NCBI RefSeq assembly: GCF_000025685.1
Contig: NC_013967.1
Location: 870,001 to 902,000, forward strand
Direction: 5' to 3'
Length of the DNA: 32,000 nucleotides
From: Haloferax volcanii DS2
GTDB taxonomy: Archaea; Halobacteriota; Halobacteria; Halobacteriales; Haloferacaceae
Under the pieces are notes generated by a model. It was given only the letters and a program-made list of their open reading frames with translations, had not been told where the DNA came from and made no database searches. Of this stretch, positions 1 through 6,216 are shown in pieces; position 1 is the stretch's first letter; each line of letters starts with the position of its first letter. The position numbers were made by a program, and so were the translations under genes.

Positions 1-1
1 C

Positions 2-199
2 ACGGACGCGGCGCTCCTCTCCGAGGGGACCCAGATTCGCGCGGACGGTCACCACGCGACGACCTACGAGGTCGCCTTCGACGAGGTGCGAATCGCCCTC
101 AACGACGAGCGCGACTTCGACGTCGCGGTCGGCCGCCCCGAGCAGACGCCCGACGAACGCCTCGCCGATATCTGGTCGCGGGTGCGGAGGGAGACCTGA
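2..199 (+). CDS. 3' end of an unidentified protein-coding gene (starts upstream of the window)
   Basis: Frame 2 is open from the window edge to TGA 197-199. Strong GC3 bias and acidic composition (...NDERDFDVAVGRPEQTPDERLADIWSRVRRET*). The stop overlaps the next ATG (TGATG). Confidence 0.6.
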   Translation, partial: TDAALLSEGTQIRADGHHATTYEVAFDEVRIALNDERDFDVAVGRPEQTPDERLADIWSRVRRET

Positions 200-492
200 T
201 GGGGCATCTCACCACATCGCCGACGATCGCGACGATGATTATCGTCGTCAAGACCGGCATCCTCGTCCTCGGCGGGCTCATCACCTACTTCAGCTACAAG
301 GCGTACCGGAACACGGGAGCGGCGTCGCTCCGCGCGCTCGCACTCGGCTTCGGCGTCGTCACCCTCGGCGCGATGCTCGGCGGCGCGCTCGACGTGATTC
401 TCAACGTCAACCTCGCCACCGGACTGCTCATCGACTCGGTGCTGACGCTCATCGGCTTCGCGGTCATCACCTACTCGCTGTACGTCGACTGA
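199..492 (+). CDS. small integral membrane protein, three predicted TM helices, function unknown
   Basis: 97-aa ORF whose ATG 199 overlaps the upstream stop. Three hydrophobic segments (IATMIIVVKTGILVLGGLITYF, LRALALGFGVVTLGAMLGGAL, LLIDSVLTLIGFAVITYSL). Typical GC3 codon bias. Confidence 0.7.
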   Translation: MGHLTTSPTIATMIIVVKTGILVLGGLITYFSYKAYRNTGAASLRALALGFGVVTLGAMLGGALDVILNVNLATGLLIDSVLTLIGFAVITYSLYVD

Positions 493-677
493 GCCGGACC
501 GAAAGGCGGCTTTCGAACTTCCCGAGCCGCCTCCGAACCAACCCGTAACTCGCGGTCGCGTCGCCGCCGTCTCTGTCTCGTCTCTCGGTCGCAACCCACA
601 GCGGCGTCTCCGGAGCGTGCCGCCTGTCACCACGAACCACTCTTTGGAGATATTATTGCTCGAATTGTGCAAAACCG

Positions 678-683
678 TTATTA
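678..683 (+). promoter_or_regulatory. TATA-like box (TTATTA) of the thioredoxin gene
   Basis: AT hexamer centred ~27 nt upstream of ATG 707 in GC-rich DNA. This is the geometry of haloarchaeal leaderless promoters. Confidence 0.35.
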
Positions 684-706
684 CGTCGCGGCCGATATCG
701 GTAGGT

Positions 707-1132
707 ATGTCCGACGACGAACTGACCGACATCCGGAAGCAGAAACGCGAACAACTCGAATCCAAGCTCCGCGGTGACGGCGGGAGTGCGGCGAAAGAAG
801 CCTCGGCTGGCCCGGCAGAGCCCATCCACGTCGACGGCGCGGACGAGCTGGACGACGCCGTCGCCTCGTACGACGTGGTGCTCGTGGACTTCTACGCGGA
901 CTGGTGTGGTCCGTGCAAGATGCTCGAACCCACCGTGAAGAAGCTCGCGGAGAACACCGACGCCGCGGTCGCCAAGGTCGACGTGGACGCGAATCAGGAG
1001 CTCGCCGCCCAGTACCAGGTTCGGGGCGTCCCGACGATGGTGTTGTTTGCCGACGGCGAGGCGGTCGAACAGCTCGTCGGCGTCCGCGGCTACGACGACC
1101 TGAAGAACCTCGTCGAAGCCCACCTCGCGTAA
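707..1132 (+). CDS. trxA: thioredoxin
   Basis: WCGPC active-site motif (DFYADWCGPCKML) and thioredoxin fold signature (GVPTMVLF). ATG 707 is preferred over the track start 617 because the 617 extension is GC3-poor and contains the putative TATA box. Confidence 0.9.
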   Translation: MSDDELTDIRKQKREQLESKLRGDGGSAAKEASAGPAEPIHVDGADELDDAVASYDVVLVDFYADWCGPCKMLEPTVKKLAENTDAAVAKVDVDANQELAAQYQVRGVPTMVLFADGEAVEQLVGVRGYDDLKNLVEAHLA

Positions 1133-1143
1133 GCGTTCTCGGT

Positions 1144-1158
1144 CCCCGAGACTCGGGG
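1144..1158 (+). terminator. hairpin downstream of trx (CCCCGA-gac-TCGGGG) followed by a T-rich run
   Basis: Perfect inverted repeat 12 nt after the trx stop, followed by GATTTATT. Confidence 0.3.
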
Positions 1159-1162
1159 TCGA

Positions 1163-1168
1163 TTTATT
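1163..1168 (+). promoter_or_regulatory. TATA box (TTTATT) of the AMP phosphorylase gene
   Basis: Centred 27-28 nt upstream of ATG 1193, implying a leaderless mRNA. Confidence 0.45.
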
Positions 1169-1192
1169 GACTCTCTCGCCCGACCGTCGGGT

Positions 1193-2671
1193 ATGCAACT
1201 CGTCGCCGAGCACATCGACATCGGCACCCGGTCGCCGACGGTCCTCCTGAACGAGAGCGACGCGGCCGAACTCGGGGTCCACGCGCTCGAACGCGTCCAA
1301 CTCCGGTGGGGCGAGCGGACGGCCATCGGCATCGTTGAGCTGACGGACGAGCTCGTCTCCGAAGGGACCCTCGGCGTGACGCGCCGCCTCGGCCACATCG
1401 AGGGCGACGTGGAGGTGTCGGTCGCGCCGCAGCCCGACTCGGTGTACTACATCCGCAAGAAGCTCGACGACATCGAGCTCGAAGCCGACGAACTGTCCCA
1501 AATCGTCCGCGACGTCTACGATGAGCGCCTCGCCGACGTGGAACTCGGAGCGTACGTCTCCGCGACCTACACCAACGGGCTGTCCATGGAGGAGACGATG
1601 CACCTCACGGAGTCGATGGCGGACGTGGGCGAGACCGTCGCGTGGGAGGAGCCGGTCATCGCCGACAAGCACTCCATCGGGGGCGTCGCGGGCAACCGCG
1701 TCACGCCGATTCTCGTCCCCATCGTCGCCGCGGCGGGGCTGAAGATTCCGAAGACTTCCTCGCGAGCCGTCACCTCGGCCGCGGGCACCGCCGACGCGAT
1801 GGAAGTCCTCTGCGACGTGGCATTCTCCGTCGCGGAGATACGCGATATCGTCGGGAAGACCGGCGGCTGTCTCGTCTGGGGCGGCGCGGTGAACCTCTCG
1901 CCGGTCGACGACCGCATCATCCGCGCCGAGACGCCGCTTTCTATCGACCCCAAGGGACAGCTCATCGCCTCCGTCCTCTCGAAAAAGAAGAGCGCCGGGT
2001 CGACAAACGTCGTCGTCGACATCCCTTACGGCGAGGGCGCGAACGTCGAGAGCCTCGCGAAGGCGCGCGAACTCGCGAAGGACTTCAACCGCGTCGGCGA
2101 CCACCTCGGGATGGCGGTCGAGTGCGCCATCACGAACGGGGGCGCACCGGTCGGCCGCGGCGTCGGCCCCGTGCTCGAAGCCCGCGAGGTCCTCGCCACG
2201 CTCGCCGGCGGCGGCCCGAACGACCTGCGGGTGAAGGCGATTCGCCTCGCCGACCTGCTGTTCGAGTCCGTCGGCGTCGACGCCGACGCCGCCGAGATTC
2301 TGGACTCGGGGCAGGCCGAAGAGACCTTCCGCGAGATACTCGCCGCGCAGAACGGCGACCCCGACGTTGAGGCGGCGGACCTCTCGCCCGGCCGGCACAC
2401 CGTCGCGGTCCGCGCCGACCGCGACGGCGTGGTCACGCACGTCAACAACCGCCTCGTCAACGAGGTCGCCCGCCGGGCCGGCGCGCCGCGAGACCCCGGC
2501 GCGGGCCTCGAACTCCACCGCCGCGTCGGCGAGATGGCCGCCAGCGGCGAGACGCTGTTCACCGTCCACGCCGAGTCCGAGGACAAACTCGCCGACGCGA
2601 AGGCGCTCACCGAGCGCGTCGAGACCGTCCGGGTGCGACACCCCGACGAGGCGCTGGTCGAGCGGGTGTGA
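1193..2671 (+). CDS. deoA: AMP phosphorylase (thymidine-phosphorylase family, archaeal DeoA type)
   Basis: 492 aa. N-terminal extra domain typical of archaeal AMPpase. Family motifs HSIGGVAGNRVTPILVPIVAAAG and TSSRAVTSAAGTADAMEV. Adjacent to the R15P isomerase gene. Confidence 0.92.
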   Translation: MQLVAEHIDIGTRSPTVLLNESDAAELGVHALERVQLRWGERTAIGIVELTDELVSEGTLGVTRRLGHIEGDVEVSVAPQPDSVYYIRKKLDDIELEADELSQIVRDVYDERLADVELGAYVSATYTNGLSMEETMHLTESMADVGETVAWEEPVIADKHSIGGVAGNRVTPILVPIVAAAGLKIPKTSSRAVTSAAGTADAMEVLCDVAFSVAEIRDIVGKTGGCLVWGGAVNLSPVDDRIIRAETPLSIDPKGQLIASVLSKKKSAGSTNVVVDIPYGEGANVESLAKARELAKDFNRVGDHLGMAVECAITNGGAPVGRGVGPVLEAREVLATLAGGGPNDLRVKAIRLADLLFESVGVDADAAEILDSGQAEETFREILAAQNGDPDVEAADLSPGRHTVAVRADRDGVVTHVNNRLVNEVARRAGAPRDPGAGLELHRRVGEMAASGETLFTVHAESEDKLADAKALTERVETVRVRHPDEALVERV

Positions 2672-2677
2672 AATCCC

Positions 2678-2696
2678 TCGCCGCGGCGACCTTTTT
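2678..2696 (+). terminator. palindrome TCGCCGCGGCGA followed by a T5 run after deoA
   Basis: 12-nt perfect palindrome at 2678-2689 and TTTTT at 2692-2696, 7-25 nt after the deoA stop. The T-run could alternatively serve as the TATA-like element for the next gene (ATG 2721). Confidence 0.35.
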
Positions 2697-2720
2697 CCAT
2701 TCGACGCCCGTAGTTCTCGC

Positions 2721-3692
2721 ATGGACGACCGCGTACACCCCGAGGTCCGGCGCACCGCGACGGAAATCGACACGATGGAGATTCGCGGCGCGGCGACCAT
2801 CGCCGACGCGGCCGCGCGAGCGCTCCGGACGCAGGCCACGGAGAGCGACGCCGCCGACGCCGAGGCGTTCCGGGCCGAGCTCCGCGCGACCGCCCGGACG
2901 CTCCACGAGACGCGGCCGACGGCCGTGAGCCTCCCCAACGCCCTCCGGTACGTCCTCCGCGACATGTCGAGTACGACCGTCGAGGGGCTCCGACAGAGCG
3001 TCGTCGACTCGGCCGACGAGTTCTGCGCCCGGCTCGAACGGGCGCAGGCCGACCTCGGACAGGTCGGCGCGAACCGCCTCCGCGACGGCGACACCATCAT
3101 GACCCACTGCCACTCCACGGACGCGCTGGCGTGCGTCGAGGCGGCCGTCGAGCAGGGAAAGCACATCGAGGCGGTCGTCAAGGAGACGCGGCCTCGAAAT
3201 CAGGGACACATCACCGCGAAGCGACTCCACGAACTGGGCGTGCCCGTCACGCTCATCGTCGACTCGGCGGCCCGCCGCTACCTCAACGACGTGGACCACG
3301 TGCTCGTCGGCGCGGACGCCGTCGCGGCCGACGGGAGCGTCATCAACAAAATCGGGACGAGCGGCCTCGCGGTCAACGCACGCGAGCGGGGGACGCCCAT
3401 CATGGTCGCCGCGCAGACGCTCAAGCTCCACCCGGGGACGATGACCGGTCACACCGTCGATATCGAGATGCGCGACACCGCCGAGGTCGTCGACGACGAC
3501 ACGCTCGCGGACCTCGGGAACCCCACCGTGAAGAACCCCGCGTTCGACGTGACGCCGCCGCGATACGTGGACGCCATCGTCACCGAGCGCGGGCAGTTCC
3601 CGCCGGAGAGCATCGTCATCCTGATGCGAGAACTGTTCGGCGAGGGCACTTCTGAGCCGTGGGCGGAGCCGTCGCCGCGGGCCGAACCGTAG
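2721..3692 (+). CDS. ribose-1,5-bisphosphate isomerase (eIF-2B alpha/beta/delta-like family)
   Basis: 323 aa from ATG 2721. The track ORF start 2367 overlaps deoA and is rejected. eIF-2B-family signature (VLVGADAVAADGSVINKIGTSGLAV). Size and context match the archaeal R15P isomerase next to AMP phosphorylase. Confidence 0.9.
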   Translation: MDDRVHPEVRRTATEIDTMEIRGAATIADAAARALRTQATESDAADAEAFRAELRATARTLHETRPTAVSLPNALRYVLRDMSSTTVEGLRQSVVDSADEFCARLERAQADLGQVGANRLRDGDTIMTHCHSTDALACVEAAVEQGKHIEAVVKETRPRNQGHITAKRLHELGVPVTLIVDSAARRYLNDVDHVLVGADAVAADGSVINKIGTSGLAVNARERGTPIMVAAQTLKLHPGTMTGHTVDIEMRDTAEVVDDDTLADLGNPTVKNPAFDVTPPRYVDAIVTERGQFPPESIVILMRELFGEGTSEPWAEPSPRAEP

Positions 3693-3722
3693 GCGGAGAC
3701 GTCGTCGCGAACCGACCCGCAG

Positions 3723-4385
3723 TCACGACCGGCCGACGAGGTCGGCCATGACTTTCATCTCCGCCTTTCGCAGGTGTTCCGCCGCGGTGCTCGTCGAGCA
3801 GTCGAGCCGCGCGGCCACGTCGGCGACCGCCCCGGTCCGCGGCTCGCGGTAGTAGCCGCAGTCGACGGCGGCCTCGACGGCCTCGCGCTGGCGGGGCGAC
3901 AGCGACCCGGCGGAGACGCTCCCCGGTCCCGTGCACTCCCGCACCCGCACGACTTCGAGGCCGCGGCCCTCGGGGAGCTGTTCGACCGCCGACTGGAGCG
4001 CCTCGTCGGTCCCGACGAGCGTCATCGAGACCGTTCCGTCGCCGTCGAAGACGACCGGCGGGACGACGATGAGACCGCCCCGCGTGACGGCGGCCGTCTG
4101 CCTCGTTCCCGCCGCGTCGAGCCGCTCGTCGACCACGATGAAAAAGGAGTCGCCGGGGAGCTGGGAGAGTTCGTACGACAGGATGCGCTCCGTCTCCGCG
4201 AGCGCCGCCTCGTAGGCCTCGACGTCGGTCCCGAAGACCTCGAAGACGATGGTGTTCCTGTCGGTCACCGTCGGGTTCCAGTGGTGGAGTTCGGTCCGCT
4301 CGAACGCCTCGTGGTCGACGACGAACTCGTGCATCGGATGCAACTGTTCGTCGTCGGGCGTGAAGCGAAGCCTGACCGATTTCAT
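3723..4385 (-). CDS. HTH_10 (bacterio-opsin-activator-type) helix-turn-helix transcription regulator
   Basis: C-terminal HTH_10 signature (LSPRQREAVEAAVDCGYYREPRTGAVADVAARLDCSTSTAAEHLRKAEMKVMADL). The start is set at ATG 4385 (MKSVRLRFTPDDEQLHPMHEF..., the usual N-terminus of this haloarchaeal family) because TTTTTAT lies 26-32 nt upstream. ATG 4412 and the track start 4610 are alternatives. Confidence 0.85.
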   Translation of the reverse strand: MKSVRLRFTPDDEQLHPMHEFVVDHEAFERTELHHWNPTVTDRNTIVFEVFGTDVEAYEAALAETERILSYELSQLPGDSFFIVVDERLDAAGTRQTAAVTRGGLIVVPPVVFDGDGTVSMTLVGTDEALQSAVEQLPEGRGLEVVRVRECTGPGSVSAGSLSPRQREAVEAAVDCGYYREPRTGAVADVAARLDCSTSTAAEHLRKAEMKVMADLVGRS

Positions 4386-4410
4386 GCCGGCGAATTGATT
4401 CGACTGCGAC

Positions 4411-4417
4411 ATAAAAA
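4411..4417 (-). promoter_or_regulatory. TATA box (TTTTTAT on minus strand) of the HTH_10 gene, possibly bidirectional with orphan nuoCD
   Basis: The only AT-rich element in the 85-nt divergent spacer. Centred 29 nt upstream of ATG 4385. Confidence 0.4.
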
Positions 4418-4470
4418 CCGGCCGCACTCGTGAGGCAGAACGAGGAACCGACGACCGGACGAACGGGCGG

Positions 4471-6177
4471 ATGTCAACCGTCATGTCACTCGAACGCCCG
4501 CAGCAGCCCCCCGAGTCCGACGCCGACCCCGCCGCGCTCGCCGACGACGCCTCCGGTCCCCTCGACGCCGACGCGCTCCGGCGGGCGTTGGGCGACGCCG
4601 TCCTCGCCACCGAGGAGCACGTTCACGCACCCGCGGTGCAGATTCGCCCCGACGCGGTGCAGTCGTCGCTTTCGGCCCTCCGCGACGACCTCGGTCTCGA
4701 CCACCTCTCGTGTGTGACCGCACAGGAGTACGAGGACCGCTACGAGTCCGTCTATCACCTGAAATCGTACGACGACCCGACCCGAGAGGCGAGCGTCGTC
4801 GTCCCGACGCCGCGCTCGGACCCGGTGAGCGAGTCCGCCGCGCCGGTGTTTCGGACGGCCGAGTGGCACGAGCGGGAGGCGTACGACCTCGTCGGTATCC
4901 AGTACGAAAACCACCCGGACCTGCGCCGCATCCTCCTGCCGGAGACGTGGCAAGGTCATCCCCTCGGGCTGGACTACGACCGGACGCGCCCGCAGGTCGT
5001 CCGGTACGACGAGAACGCGAACCCGCTTGCCGAAGACGGCCGCGCCGACACGAACACGATGCTCCTCAACATCGGGCCGCACCACCCGGCGACTCACGGC
5101 GTGATGCATCTGCAAGTCACGCTGGACGGCGAGCAGGTCGCGGACGTGGAGCCCGACATCGGCTACATCCACCGCTGCGAGGAGCAGATGTGTCAGCAGG
5201 GAACCTATCGACATCAGATTATGCCGTACCCCGACCGCTGGGACTGGGGCGGCGGCGGCCTCCTGAACGAGTGGGCGTACGCCCGCACCGCGGAGGCGCT
5301 GGCGGATATCGACGTGCCCGAGTACGCACAGGTGCTTCGGACGCTGGCGGCCGAACTGAGCCGCATCCTCTCGCACATGCTCGCGGTCGGCGCGTACGCC
5401 CTCGACGTCGTCGGCGATTTCACCGCGACGTTCATGTACGCCATGCGGGACCGCGAACTCGTCCAGAACATCCTCGAAGACCTCACGGGCCAGCGGCTGA
5501 TGTTCAACTACTTCCGGCTCGGCGGGGTCGTCTGGGACCTCCCCGAACCCCGCGAGGAGTTCTTCGAGAAGATTCGGACGTTCGTCGACGGCCTCCCCGA
5601 GAAACTGCGGGAGTACCACGACCTCCTGACGGCGAACGAGATTTTGCAGGCCCGCACGGTCGAGACCGGAATCCTCCCGCCGGAGGTGGCCAAGGACTAC
5701 GGCGTGACGGGGCCGGTCGCCCGCGGCTCCGGCATCGACTACGACCTCCGCCGCGACGACCCCTACGGCTACTACGACGAACTCGACTGGTCGGTCGCCG
5801 TCGAGGACGGCTGCGACAACTTCGCGCGCCTGCTCGTCCGCCTCCGCGAGGTCGAGGAGTCGGCCACCATCGTCGCCCAATGTGTCGACCTGCTCGAAGA
5901 CTGGCCCGACGACGACCGGACCATCCAGGCGAACGTCCCGCGCACCCTCAAACCGGACGACGACACCGAGGTCTACCGCGCGGTCGAGGCCGCGAAAGGT
6001 GAGTTGGGTATCTACATCCGCGCCGACGGCACCGACACCCCGGCGCGGTTCAAGATTCGCGGCCCCTCGTTTTCGAATCTCCAGTCGCTCCCCGAGATGG
6101 CCGAAGGCGAGTACATCCCGGACCTCATCGCGGCGCTCGGAAGTCTCGACACGATAATGGGAGAAGTAGACCGGTAG
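4471..6177 (+). CDS. nuoCD: NADH-quinone oxidoreductase subunit C/D fusion, stand-alone paralogue
   Basis: 568 aa, collinear with the operon NuoCD at 20363-22036. NuoC motif (EREAYDLVGIQYENHPDLRRILLPE) and NuoD motifs (NIGPHHPATHGV, GELGIYIRADG, SLDTIMGEVDR). ATG 4483 (MSLERPQQ...) aligns better with the operon copy start (MSLEEQQ...) and is an alternative start. Confidence 0.93.
   Translation: MSTVMSLERPQQPPESDADPAALADDASGPLDADALRRALGDAVLATEEHVHAPAVQIRPDAVQSSLSALRDDLGLDHLSCVTAQEYEDRYESVYHLKSYDDPTREASVVVPTPRSDPVSESAAPVFRTAEWHEREAYDLVGIQYENHPDLRRILLPETWQGHPLGLDYDRTRPQVVRYDENANPLAEDGRADTNTMLLNIGPHHPATHGVMHLQVTLDGEQVADVEPDIGYIHRCEEQMCQQGTYRHQIMPYPDRWDWGGGGLLNEWAYARTAEALADIDVPEYAQVLRTLAAELSRILSHMLAVGAYALDVVGDFTATFMYAMRDRELVQNILEDLTGQRLMFNYFRLGGVVWDLPEPREEFFEKIRTFVDGLPEKLREYHDLLTANEILQARTVETGILPPEVAKDYGVTGPVARGSGIDYDLRRDDPYGYYDELDWSVAVEDGCDNFARLLVRLREVEESATIVAQCVDLLEDWPDDDRTIQANVPRTLKPDDDTEVYRAVEAAKGELGIYIRADGTDTPARFKIRGPSFSNLQSLPEMAEGEYIPDLIAALGSLDTIMGEVDR
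4697..4749 (+). repeat. 53-nt tract identical to 20553-20605 (nuoCD paralogue pair)
   Basis: Base-by-base comparison: tcgaccacctctcgtgtgtgaccgcacaggagtacgaggaccgctacgagtcc occurs in both copies. Confidence 0.95.
5498..5576 (+). repeat. 79-nt tract identical to 21357-21435 (nuoCD paralogue pair)
   Basis: Base-by-base comparison: tgatgttcaactacttccggctcggcggggtcgtctgggacctccccgaaccccgcgaggagttcttcgagaagattcg occurs in both copies. Confidence 0.95.
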
Positions 6178-6216
6178 TCGGCGGCGGGACGGCCGGCGTC
6201 GCGCGTCGCCACCGGC

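Noticed and set aside
617-706. N-terminal extensions offered by the longest-ORF track (trx from 617, isomerase from 2367, nuoI from 22959, HTH gene from 4610, Agl23-like from 15345)
   Set aside because: The extensions overlap upstream genes or promoter elements, use GC3-poor or Arg/Ser/Pro-rich sequence, or start at TTG. Internal ATGs with proper TATA spacing or ATGA coupling fit better.
653-3181. 842-aa ORF on the minus strand spanning trx, deoA and the isomerase gene
   Set aside because: It is antisense to three well-supported genes. Its composition is Arg/Ala/Ser/Val-rich and low-complexity with no motifs. This is a classic stop-codon-poor shadow frame of high-GC DNA.
4486-5880. 464-aa minus-strand ORF inside the orphan nuoCD, mirrored by a 430-aa one inside the operon nuoCD (20186-21478)
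   Set aside because: Their similarity to each other is just the reverse-complement image of the nuoCD duplication. It is not evidence for a conserved antisense gene.
4471-6177. Orphan nuoCD as a pseudogene or dead duplicate
   Set aside because: It has a full-length open frame with conserved catalytic-core motifs, and its differences from the operon copy are concentrated at third positions. I therefore called it a CDS, though expression is untested.
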